This document shows positions 12,336-25,855 of a DNA stretch of 64,000 nucleotides, one piece after another (position 1 is the stretch's first letter; the number at the start of each line of letters is the position of its first letter). The stretch spans positions 3,100,001-3,164,000 of the forward strand of contig OZ024761.1 of the NCBI GenBank assembly GCA_964016885.1, in the 5' to 3' direction. The DNA is from Eledone cirrhosa (Eukaryota). Below the pieces are notes generated by a model that was not told where the DNA came from, made no database searches, and saw nothing but the letters and a program-made list of their open reading frames with translations. The position numbers were made by a program, and so were the translations under genes.

Positions 12336-14304
12336 GGTAAGTTATAGAAATATCCGGATTCATTAGGATTGATGATTTTTAGAGAATTTGTGTCATTCGT
12401 GTTAATATTGGGAGTAATGGTAGGATCTAGGTGTTTCGGTGTTTCATTGCTGGCACTAACTTTTTGGTGTTTTCTACGGTGTTTGTTGCTTATTGTTGGC
12501 TGTATGCTAGGGGTATTCATGGTGTTAGGTATGTAAAATATGTTATCTTTGTAGCCACTTCTAGTTAAGCTTCATTATAATAATGTGCATAGAATATTTC
12601 TTCACTAGATGATAATTTAGATAGTCTGAGTGAGATATTGTACACTAGATTTTTTAGTATGGAACTTGGATGGTTAGATAGTGAGTGTATATAATGGAGG
12701 TTTTGGGTTGGTTTGTGGTAGGGTTGGTAAGTGCCTGTTGATAGATCTAAAGTGATGTCGAGGAAATTTACCATTTTAGTGCTATTTTCAAAAGTAACCG
12801 TAAGATTATAGTAATTTTTGAGGAATTTGCTAATATGTTTTTTATTTCTTTCAATTGCTGAGAGACTAAGATTATTAGTTAGAAGAAGACAGTCATCGCG
12901 ATATAGACCACCTTTGAGGTGGGGAAAAGAGGAATTCAAATTATGTAGGAGGAAGAGGCCCACAAGGTCCGTAACCTGGGCGGAATCCATCGAACCCATA
13001 GTAATATCATATAAATCACTATAAGTATTTCTAATCAAATACTCGTCTTGGAAGTCCAATAGAGTTTGTCTGGCGTGTGTGATGATCTTAATTTCATTCA
13101 TAGTTAAGTCCGATCTATTTTTGGCGAAAATTAATGCTTTGTTCAGTAGTATGGGGGATATTGATGAATAGTATGCATCGATGTCGAATTGGAGAAATGA
13201 AGCTGAGGCTTATTTTTGATGTTGGTGAACCAATTGATAACTTGGGAAGTGTTTTCCCATAGCGGTAGTTTTACATGTTTCCTTAGTTGTGGGATAATTT
13301 TATCAAGAATCTTCTTGCTTATTACTCCAATGTCCGACTTAGATGGGCATATGGGTCTAATCGATGGGTTCGAGTTGAAGTCAGATTTATGATCTTTCAG
13401 ATTAAAGTGTGAATTTTTTGGTGTGAAAAGTTCGGTTCTATCTTCGGTTCTATGGTGTGTGATTTATTGTTTATAGAGGTGAGCGCTGTACTACTGGTTT
13501 TCTTATAGTTCTTCCTTAGTTCTTTATAAATGAACTGGTTATATTCATCAATGTTCATATGGTATAAGTTACCAGTTTTGTCAGAGTGGACATGAATTTT
13601 ACTAGAGTTTTTTTAGTTTAAATAGGGTAGAGTCCAGTTCTTTTTGAAAGTTTGATTTGTGTTTCTTAAATTTGATGTGTTTAATCATATTTAGTAAATC
13701 TTTTTCAAAATGTTCAAGTATAGAATTGTGAGGAAGGTCTTTATATGTGCGAAAGTCATAAAAGTTGTTCATCTCATCCCTTTTGGTTTTGTTATCGAAG
13801 TGGTATGCCCGCCAACGAACTCTTCTAATAAATTAGTTAGTTTTTTGTATAAGAAGAAGGAATTCATCTTTAGAGGGAATTGGTACATTTTTCAACGAAG
13901 TTTCTAAGTATTGCCTTTCCATTGCAATACGGATATCAGACAAGATAAGAGCTCAAATAAATATATTAATTAATGAAAAAATCAATAAAAAAGGAGCAGT
14001 GTACACAGATAAATCTACCAATCAATGGTAGGATCTAAACCGTATGAAGAACTCAATGTAATCCGTATGTAGATGTCGTGAAGCAAAGTTTAAAATACAA
14101 ACATTTTCAACGATATAATTCAATTGGATACAGTCAAAATAGAAATATTAAAACAATGAAATTAAACACAAAACTATTAATTCATAGTAAAACTCATTAT
14201 TTTACGATCGTTTCTGGGGTGGGGGGTTGTTCCCTGTATGTTCATTCAATTATTGATCTATGTAAAACATATTACAAAATATCATAGTAAGAAAATATAT
14301 ATAT

Positions 14305-14960
14305 ATAAAACTGAGGATGTCTGTGTGAGTTTGAATACCCAAAATTCGAGAAACTCCTAACCGACTGTTTTCAAACTTATGTTTCAGGGAGTGTTCTGGG
14401 CAAAAACAAATTTCAAATTTTCAATGCCCTATGGGCCGCATTAGGCGATTTAGCGATCTAGTCTTTCTCTTTTTAGATAGATACATACAAATAACGTCGC
14501 GCCCTTATAATATATGTCTGTATGTCTGGCTGTCTGCATTACGTCACTTCCCTGAGGATGTCTGTCCGTGTGTGTGTGCGTGTGTCTGAGTTTGAATCCC
14601 TAAAACTCGAGAAATACCGAACCGACTTTTTAAAAACTTTACATGTGTATTACTTATGTTTCAGGGAGTGTTATGCACATAAAAAATTCAACTTTTTGAT
14701 CCCCTAGGGCCCGCATTAGGTGAAAAACTGCGTTTTTTTCCAGGTTTTTAGGGGGTTCTTCAGGCGTTAGGCCAGACCGATTTCCTTGAAATTGTAACTA
14801 TGTATTAGTCAGTCTTTTCCTCATACCATGAGCAAAGAAAATCCAACTTTTTTATGGCCTAGAGTCCGCATTAGGTGAAAAACTTCATTTTTTTTTCAGC
14901 TTTTTAGGGCTTTTTTGAGGCGTTACGTCTAGCCGATTTTCCCGAAATAGTTGTTAAGAT
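14305..14960 (+). mobile_element. Probable non-autonomous Helitron-like/DNA element with a duplicated 5' module
   Basis: CTGAGGATGTCTGT...GAGTTTGAATCCC...CGAGAAA..ACCGACT occurs at 14311 and 14552. CCGCATTAGG is repeated three times. Confidence 0.5.
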
Positions 14961-15332
14961 AGGGATCCCTGAGAATAAAAAAATTTCTTCGCGACAATCC
15001 TGGCCTGACTGTAATACCGACCTTTCCTCCTCTTTCTTTCCGTCTTTCTTCTTATAGCTGGCATTAACCCTGGCTTCTCTTCTTCTTCCTTCCCCCTTCT
15101 CTCTTCTTCCTTTCTTTCTTTCTTTTTTCTTGTGGCATGAGATTAACGCTAACTTATATTCCCATCCCTTTTTGTTTTCCATTATCTGTCCGGTAGTAGC
15201 ACACTGTAAGCTTTAGCCACGTCACTCGAGGGCGACCGGCAAAGGTAGAAGGTGCTGAATAGCGGTCGCCCTCGGGTCCTCGAATTTCAGCCCCATGGAT
15301 TTTATCTATTACATTCACGTATTATATTTCGA

Positions 15333-15390
15333 ATACCTGATGATATCACCGGATTCATACGGAACCCGGTCATTGAAATGATCATAGTAT
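15333..15390 (+). ncRNA. Type I hammerhead ribozyme motif
   Basis: ATAC-CTGATGA-[TATCACCGG...CCGGTCATT]-GAAA-TGATCA(palindrome)-TA-GTAT. Confidence 0.8.
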
Positions 15391-15440
15391 AATAAACCTT
15401 TCAAGGATTTACACAAATCCAGCCTCCTGTCATTTCATTA

Positions 15441-15483
<43 letters not shown>

Positions 15484-15604
15484 ATGTATATATGTATATA
15501 TATATATATGTATATATATATGTATATATATATGTATATATATATGTATATATATATGTGTATATATATGTATATATATATGTGTATGTATATATATATA
15601 TATA

Positions 15605-15645
<41 letters not shown>

Positions 15646-15663
15646 GTATATATATATATATGT

Positions 15664-16535
15664 ATAAAAGTTTACATATATATATACATATACGTGTTTT
15701 GCAACTGGTCACTTTGTGGCTCAATGAAAAGTTAATAAATTAAATAATCAGAGCTATATATCATAAAACATGTCTATAGAATCACAAGATAAAATATAAA
15801 ATATAAAATATGCTAATTGGGAGAGGAAATAGTATATATTTTATCTTGTAATTCTATAGACATGTTTTATGATATATAGCTCTGATTATTTAATTTATTA
15901 ATTTTTCATTGAGCCACAAAATGACCAGTTGCAAAACACGTATATGTATAAATATGTATATATATATGTAAACTTTTATATGTAATAACCTCCCATTTGG
16001 TTGAGATACAAATTTGGCTGTATTGTGCTGTGCTTTCTAGCAAAAATGCCACCAGTCGTAAGCAACTACCACACCCCTTCCAACCTGACCGCGACTACGT
16101 CGCGATTTTTAGCCATTTTGAATGAATTCTTGGCGCGATCACTTTGGAAAATTTAGTATCTAGATAAGAGCGAACTTCCTGATGAATCCGGTGCTCGAGT
16201 TTATATAATTATTACATAATTATTGGAAGACTCAAAATACGGATGAAACCATGGTAGAGGTATTTGAATGAATTCTATTTTCTCCTAGTTTATTTTACAC
16301 CTAATTCTGTTTAGTTGACTGTATCTGGGCGATTACGCTGTCGAAATATTCGATAAATATTCCGCTACGGCCGACGCGAAGCGCTAGTGTTGGTTATTTG
16401 TCGGGGATTTCTTCATAGAAGCCTCATTCTTATAGCCTGGTCTATTCGATTTTTTTTATATAGTTAATTATGCTAATTGGGAGAGGAAATAGTATATATT
16501 TTATCTTGTGATTCTATAGACATGTTTTATGATAT
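15664..16535 (+). mobile_element. HHR-bearing non-coding retroelement: 660-bp unit + ~65-bp terminal direct repeat + 5' inverted segment
   Basis: TGCTAATTGGGAGAGGAAATAG at 15811 and 16471. 15664-15800 is the reverse complement of ~15835-15980. Flanked by TA tracts. Confidence 0.8.
16174..16261 (+). ncRNA. Type I hammerhead ribozyme motif with long stem II
   Basis: ACTTC-CTGATGA-[ATCCG...CGGAT]-GAAA-CCATGG(palindrome)-TA-GAGGT. Confidence 0.85.
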
Positions 16536-16544
16536 ATATATATG

Positions 16545-16645
<101 letters not shown>

Positions 16646-16646
16646 G

Positions 16647-16677
<31 letters not shown>

Positions 16678-16690
16678 GTATATATATATG

Positions 16691-16755
<65 letters not shown>

Positions 16756-16756
16756 G

Positions 16757-16811
<55 letters not shown>

Positions 16812-16812
16812 G

Positions 16813-16879
<67 letters not shown>

Positions 16880-16895
16880 GTATATATATATATAT

Positions 16896-18251
16896 ATGTA
16901 AGTATGCATGTATACGTACATACATATATGTATACAGACGTACAGTAGCATGCACATATATATATATATATACATATATACATACATATGCATACAGGTA
17001 CACATACATATATGCACGTATCAGTTTAGCGGCGCTAACGTCGCTTTGTTCGTTTGTAAACAAACTGAACAGCCTGAATTTATGCCATACGGTGTTAAGG
17101 CAACCACGTCACCTTTTTGTTCAACACTGACACAGGAACGATGTACTAGTTTCAAGCTTGTTAGCTATCATCAGCACCGTTTACCCATCTGCCAGATAGT
17201 TGAACGTTCGAAAGTATATACTTTCCTTATGAAAATTAACGGCTGAGCAGCCTAATTTGCATATTGAGTGAGTTAAATCGGTCAGGCATACCGAAAACGA
17301 TAAATTGAAACAAAATGAAAACGAAATTTCATTTCTCACTCTTAGTATGGCACTTACTTAAATGTAAGTATGCATGTATACGTACATACATATATGTATA
17401 CAGACGTACAGTAGCATGCACATATATATATATATATACATATATACATACATATGCATACAGGTACACATACATATATGCACGTATCAGTTTAGCGGCG
17501 CTAACGTCGCTTTGTTCGTTTGTAAACAAACTGAACAGCCTGAATTTATGCCATACGGTGTTAAGGCAACCACGTCACCTTTTTGTTCAACACTGACACA
17601 GGAACGATGTACTAGTTTCAAGCTTGTTAGCTATCATCAGCACCGTTTACCCATCTGCCAGATAGTTGAACGTTCGAAAGTATATACTTTCCTTATGAAA
17701 ATTAACGGCTGAGCAGCCTAATTTGCATATTGAGTGAGTTAAATCGGTCAGGCATACCGAAAACGATAAATTGAAACAAAATGAAAACGAAATTTCATTT
17801 CTCACTCTTAGTATGGCACTTACTTAAATGTAAGTATGCATGTATACGTACATACATATATGTATACAGACGTACAGTAGCATGCACATATATATATATA
17901 TATATACATATATACATACATATGCATACAGGTACACATACATATATGCACGTATCAGTTTAGCGGCGCTAACGTCGCTTTGTTCGTTTGTAAACAAACT
18001 GAACAGCCTGAATTTATGCCATACGGTGTTAAGGCAACCACGTCACCTTTTTGTTCAACACTGACACAGGAACGATGTACTAGTTTCAAGCTTGTTAGCT
18101 ATCATCAGCACCGTTTACCCATCTGCCAGATAGTTGAACGTTCGAAAGTATATACTTTCCTTATGAAAATTAACGGCTGAGCAGCCTAATTTGCATATTG
18201 AGTGAGTTAAATCGGTATGCCTGACCGATTTAACTCACTCAATATGCAAAT
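16896..18251 (-). mobile_element. Tandem array of a 466-bp HHR-containing monomer (~2.8 copies) plus short inverted tail; retrozyme-like
   Basis: Units start at 16896, 17362 and 17828 and are essentially identical. 18213-18251 is an inverted copy. (TA)n on both sides. Confidence 0.88.
17137..17181 (-). ncRNA. Type I hammerhead ribozyme (identical copies at 17603-17647 and 18071-18115)
   Basis: Minus strand: AACGGTG-CTGATGA-T AGCT AACA AGCT T-GAAA-CTAG-TA-CATCGTT. Confidence 0.9.
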
Positions 18252-18288
18252 ATATATATATGTATATATATATATATATGTATATATG

Positions 18289-18320
<32 letters not shown>

Positions 18321-18330
18321 TGTATATATA

Positions 18331-18363
<33 letters not shown>

Positions 18364-18404
18364 ATATATATATGTATATATGTATATATATATATGTATA
18401 TATG

Positions 18405-18439
<35 letters not shown>

Positions 18440-18440
18440 G

Positions 18441-18495
<55 letters not shown>

Positions 18496-18536
18496 GTATA
18501 TATGTATATATATATGTATATATATATGTATATATG

Positions 18537-18567
<31 letters not shown>

Positions 18568-18848
18568 GTATATATGTATATATATATATGTATATATATA
18601 TATATGTATATATGTATATGTATATATATATGTATATATATATATATGTATATATGTATATGTATATATATATGTATATATATATATATGTATATGTATA
18701 TATATATGTATATATATATATATGTATATGTATATATATATGTATATATATATGTATATATATATATATGTATATGTATATATATATGTATATATATGTA
18801 TATGTATATATATATATATGTATATATATATGTATATATATGTATATG

Positions 18849-18879
<31 letters not shown>

Positions 18880-18931
18880 GTATATACATATATATATACA
18901 TATATATATATATGTATATATATGTATATGT

Positions 18932-18963
<32 letters not shown>
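18252..18963. repeat. (TA)n/(TATG)n microsatellite
   Basis: Visible directly. Confidence 0.95.
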
Positions 18964-19362
18964 GTTGTTATACTTTGGGAGGGTCATGTTGCCAATAAGA
19001 AACACACGCACCAGTTGCTTTCACTTCAGTTTATTATATATCTATAAATTTATAAATTTATAAATCTACAAACCTATAAATTTCTGGTTGGTTGGTTGGT
19101 TCCACAACCAGATAGTTGTTTATATATAGTCATAGTCCTTTCGTCACACACTCTGTGACCTCTTCAGTGACTGGGGATTCCTAAGGAAAGGCACAGAAAC
19201 AAGGAAAGGAATCCCCAGTCACTGAAGAGGTCACAGAGTGTGTAACGAAAGGACTATGACTATATATAAACAACTATCTGGTTGTGGAACCAACCAACCA
19301 ACCAGAAATTTATAGGTTTGTAGATTTATAAATTTATAAATTTATAGATATATAATAAACTG
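18964..19362. mobile_element. Fold-back pair of a PLE 3'-tail module, with HHR motifs at 19128-19172 (-) and 19217-19261 (+)
   Basis: Long inverted repeat centred at ~19195. AGTCA-CTGAAGA-G GTCACA..TGTGAC-GAAA-GGAC-TA-TGACT. Confidence 0.82.
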
Positions 19363-19422
19363 AAGTGTGTAAATGTGTAGAAGAAAGAAGGGGAGAGTAT
19401 AAAGGATAACATAAAAATAACA

Positions 19423-19537
<115 letters not shown>

Positions 19538-19812
19538 TTGTAGTTTGCTTCAGGCATTGTATATGATGTAGAAAGAGATAGAACGTTAAATAATGTAAAC
19601 TTGACTGTAGGTAACGACAAAGTAAATTATCCGAACATTCTTCTCTGAAAGTTCCCTCACTCTGAAGAAGGGAATTTAGTCCCGAAATATTAGGACAGCA
19701 GAAGCAGCAACAACAACAAAAAAAACAAAAAAAATTACCGGGTAACTTACTTTTTCGATACCTTCATCTTACAGTCAATTTTGTATTGTTTAACCTTCTC
19801 TGTCTTTCAACG

Positions 19813-19878
<66 letters not shown>

Positions 19879-20099
19879 TAGAGAGAGAGAGAAATATTAA
19901 AACAATGAAAATATACACAAAACTGTTAAAAAGAGAGAGTTACCTTGGGAGAGATTTAATAGTCCCTATATATTTCGGATTCACATCCATCAACTGGGGT
20001 TTTTTTCCGGGGTAAAGGTTATCTGTCGGACAGGTACGAAACGCGTCCTCCGCTGTTTGTTGTTTTGAATATCTGTTATTCTGATATATCTGATATATC

Positions 20100-20535
20100 T
20101 GTTATTCTTGAATATCTGGAACAGCAACATCACAACTTACAATTAAGGACAAAATGAAAACACACACACACATAGAACAAACAACCAACCAGTAACATGT
20201 AAATAAACAAATAAATAAATGAACATAAACACACACAGACACCCGGATGTGGCGCATGCGCAAACTGAACACACAACACACACACAGAAACAAAATGGCG
20301 TAGGACAGAACAAAGGAGATGAACAGAAACAAAGAAGAATCCCAGTCACTGAAGAGGTCACAGAGTGTGTGACGAAAGAACTATGACAATATATAAACAA
20401 CTATCTGGTTGTGGAACCAACCAACCAACCAGAAATTTATAAATTTATTATAAATTTATTATAATAATTGAAGTGAAATAACTCGGTGTGCGTGTGTTTC
20501 TTATTGGCAACATGACCCTCCCAAAGTATAGCAAT
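20100..20535 (+). mobile_element. Longer copy of the same PLE tail family, with HHR motif at 20344-20387
   Basis: GTCA-CTGAAGA-GGTCACAGAGTGTGTGAC-GAAA-GAAC-TA-TGAC. The end CATGACCCTCCCAAAGTATA is shared with 35138-35190 and 50730-50790. Confidence 0.8.
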
Positions 20536-21960
<1,425 letters not shown>

Positions 21961-21964
21961 ATAA

Positions 21965-24900
21965 AGTTAATAAAAGTCAATGATTAAAATTTAACTTCGT
22001 TTATACTGGTATATATATTTCAGAATGACAGCCATCTTGGCTGTGACCTCTTCACGGCAGTTTGAATTAGTATGGTATAGACAAGTCCATATGTTGTTGC
22101 GGTGTACAATATTGTCAATACTCTGATATGCCCAGTTCCTTGTTGGGTTGTTATTTCACTGAGGAACTGGAATCATATGAATTCAAAACAAACGAATTTC
22201 AGTGTCAAAGGTCCTCTTCTCCTCTGATTGGTCAGTTATTAGAACATTCCTCATTCTAAGTGTTGTTATTGTTGGAGTTAGCTTAAAAAATTGATAAATG
22301 GTAGAAGGGACAAGGTGTTAAAGGAACAAAATAACAAAAAAGTGTCAAACTTCCCATTGGTCAGTTCTGAGAGCATTCCTCAGTCAGAAGTCTATAGAAT
22401 TCTTTCTGGGTGAGGCTCCCTGTAGTGTTTTTCCTTGCTATTGTTCAGTACATTTGACCTCTAACCATTATTTTGGTAGTGTTGTTGGTGTTGTGGTCAG
22501 CTTATATCTTGCTGCTGCTAACAATTTAGAAGTATCTAGTGTGTGTTTTTTCTTCATCCCTCCTGCCACCATCATAGTGGTGGTGGGGTGGGGGGGTTCT
22601 TCCATGCATATGAAGAAATATAAGGCAATAAATGAAGAAAACAGAAAATAAATAAATAATATAATAAATAATTAATATAATTTGTATAATTTGAAAATAA
22701 ATAAATAAATAGAGAATAAAGAATAAAGAATAGATGAAAAATTGGTGAAAAAGTAATGAAAATGAATATGGAGAAGTGAGAAATAATGTAGGATATAGTG
22801 TGTGTGTGCTATAAACCAATCTCCAGGTCAGAATATGTTGGATAGATTGGTATGAGACAAGGTGTTAAGATGAGATCATCAAACTAAATGTGTTTGTGTT
22901 ATAATCAATCTCAACTTAAAAATTAATATAAGGTGATACAGTGAAGAGGGCGGAAAACAAATAACAAATTAATAAAGAAAAATCAGATTTAAAATTGGAA
23001 CTTGAAAATCAGAAATCTAGTAAATCAAAAAGTGTTTGTGTTATATAGATGTTGGCCAAATTATAATGGCTGTGTCCGATTCTATCTCTAGGCTATCATG
23101 GTGTCTGCTCAGCCTGGGTTGTTCCCTATGGCTTGAGGGAGTTCACAACCTAGGGTGTTGTTACTGCCCATATAGCTTGAGGGAGGTCTGGCCGAGAGGT
23201 GTTTTCATGTTCTGTAGAAGTCCCTATAGCTTGAGGGGAGTTCACATCTTCTTGTGTTGTTACTGTCCATATATCTTCAGAAAGCTCTAAGGTGTCTGCA
23301 TGTCCCGAAGAAGTCGGTCTGAGGTTTATCAGGCCGCTTCCACCTCTTAGTATCTCGAGGGTCTCGTTCAGGAATAGTTTGCATATGCAAGATCCCCCTT
23401 TATCGGGTGGTACTTCCTGATTATGTACCAGGCCAGAGAGTATGGGGTCCTGTCCAGCTTAAGTTTCCAGATCAGCTCGGAGAGAGCTGTGCTTTTCCTT
23501 TTGGCCTAATTCTTGAATGAATGGCGATGGTTGTACCAGCGGTCTTTAAAGCTCGTTGATGTGGCTCCTATGTAGAGGTGTTCGGGGTTGGGGGTTTTAA
23601 CCCTACAACCGTACACTAGGTTCTTCTTGAGGCATTCATTACCAAGGGGGCATGATTCGGGGTTTCTGCAGTTGCAGAGGGTGGTCGGCCTCTGCGTGCC
23701 TAGATTAGGGTTCCCGTTATGTGTTACATGTTGGTCTTCCCCCAGGCTCGGTGGGGGGTCCTCGGGTCTGTTTGGGTTTCTTGGGTGGGCTCTGGGTCCC
23801 CATTTCCCTCCCTTTCACATGGTCTGCTGAGTGTTTGTATTGCCATCTTCTGGTTGTGTGTGATTTTTAAGCCTACTTCTGTTGATGCTAGCTATGTGTT
23901 GGGCCAAATTTCTCGTGGTGGAATACGAAAGCTTCACAGTGTGTCTGTTGAAGATCCTGTGGTATCTGTGGTCCCTCGGGAAGCATTTGTCAAGTGCTCC
24001 AAAGAATAATCGGGCCAAGCTTTTCTTTAGGGCCGCTGAGTAGGGTGGGTTGTACCACGTGATTTTTCGGTGTCTCCTCCTATATGTGTGGGTGAGGGGC
24101 TTCGTGATTTGTTGGAGATTTGTTGGGTTGCTGGTGGTTTCCGCACTGTTGCTTCCCCTTTGGGCTATATGCTTTTTGTTATCTTCGCGGCCCGAATTTG
24201 TGGGTGGTCGTTGTCCGCCCCGGGAGATCCATCGTGGGGAGTCGCCTGTTTCCATCCTCCCTACGTGTCCTACGGTTGGGGTCGTCCGTCCTGGGGTGGT
24301 TAGCGTCACGCCCTGAGACTGCTACTCATATTGTGCTCCATCTCGTGGTCAAGCGCACTAGTCCCCACCGACCGTGTGGTGGAGTCGGGCACATGGTTCC
24401 TATTTGATCTGCTCTGCCTGTATTGTTAGGGTTCGCCCTGGGGCAACGCGGTTGTGGGTGTCTGTTGGGCTATCCCATCCCGGCTTTTTCGGCCTATAAG
24501 TTATATTTTGGCCATGTGCCGCCTTCTTTAGAGCTGCGTTGTAATATTCCGCGTGGTTATTGAATATTTCCTTACTTGTGGACAAGCTGGATATCCTGTC
24601 CGAGACACTCTTCACCACTGCCTTGGTTATGGATCTAAGGTGGTTTGATTTGGCGTTAACATATACGAGTTTCTCGTTGGGCTTGTGGTAGGGGTAGTAT
24701 TGCTCGGTGTTCAGCTTTAGGGTGGTGTCTAGGAAGTTAACTACCTTCCTATTTGGGTCTATGTCTATGCTGAGCCCCTGGTTCTTAAAGAAATGGCGAA
24801 TACGCCTCCTCATACCCTCCAACATATTCGTGCTGTGGTCATATACTGTGAATAGAGCATCGTCACGATATAATCCGCCGCCCAGGCAGGGGATTTCATC

Positions 24901-25410
24901 TTTTATCTGCTTCAGCAGGTAGAGCCCAACCAGGTCCGTTACCTGTGCTGAGTCGCTGTAGCCCCTCGTGATGTCAAAGTTATTTGGCCAATCACTCCAG
25001 GTCCAAAGTCCCCATCGAAGCGGATTAAGTCTTTCTTGCGGCGTGGATGATGCTCACCTCCTCTCGAGTTAGGTCCGTATTGGACATCGCTAAAAATAGG
25101 CCCTTATTAAGTACTATGGGTGAGATGAGGACTAGTAGCTTGCGATGTCCAGTTGTATAGAGCTGGTCCTACTTTTCTCATGCAGTATTTTGACCATTCT
25201 ATTACTTCTTCCTTGCATGACCATTGCTGTAATTTAGTTTTCTTCCGAAGCTTGGGCAAAAGCCTATCCAGTATTCTTTTACTGACGATCCCTAGGTCAG
25301 ATCTGGAGGGGCTAATAGTCTGACAGGCGAGGTCAGATTCAAAGTTTGCTTGTGGGTCTTTAATGGTAATCCGCGGCTCCCTTGGTTGATACAACCAACA
25401 TAAACTCAAA
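21965..25410 (-). mobile_element. Penelope-like element (Naiad-type RT + GIY-YIG), decayed, 5'-truncated
   Basis: ISPSRSDLGIVSKRILD; FDITRGYSDSAQVTDLVGL, GGLYRDD; VNFLDTTL..YYPYHKPN; TWYNPPY; CNCRNPESCPLGNEC..VY..YIGATSTSFKDRWYNH (23500-23680). Degenerate HHR at 22005-22061 (-). The extent of the 3' UTR is inferred. Confidence 0.87.
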
Positions 25411-25799
25411 ATCTATATATGTATATATATATGTATATATGTATATATATATATGTATATATATATATGTATATACATGTATGTATATATATATGTATAT
25501 ATATATGTATATATATATATGTATATATATATGTATACATATATATATATGTATATACATGTAATGTATATATATATGTATATATATATGTATATATATA
25601 TATATGTATATACACGTTATGTATATATGTATATATATGTATATACATGTATGTATATATGGTATATATATGTATATACAGTATGTATATATGTATATAT
25701 GTATATACATGTATGTATATATATATATATGTATATATATATGTATATACATGTATGTATATACATATATGTATATATATATATGTATATACATGTATG

Positions 25800-25833
<34 letters not shown>

Positions 25834-25855
25834 TGTACATGTATGTATATATATA

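Larger units (their letters stand above)
9225..14295 (-). mobile_element. Penelope-like element (Naiad-type RT + C-terminal GIY-YIG), decayed, with partial terminal direct repeat
   Basis: RT: YDITMGSMDSAQVTDLVGL, GGLYRDD, VNFLDITLDL, YQPYHKP, SNHP (12565-13101). TWYNAPF near 11600. CNC-x5-CPLNG and YIGSTS..FKSRFYAH at ~10880-11040. 14140-14295 matches 9225-9330. Interrupted by SINEs and microsatellites. Confidence 0.88.
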
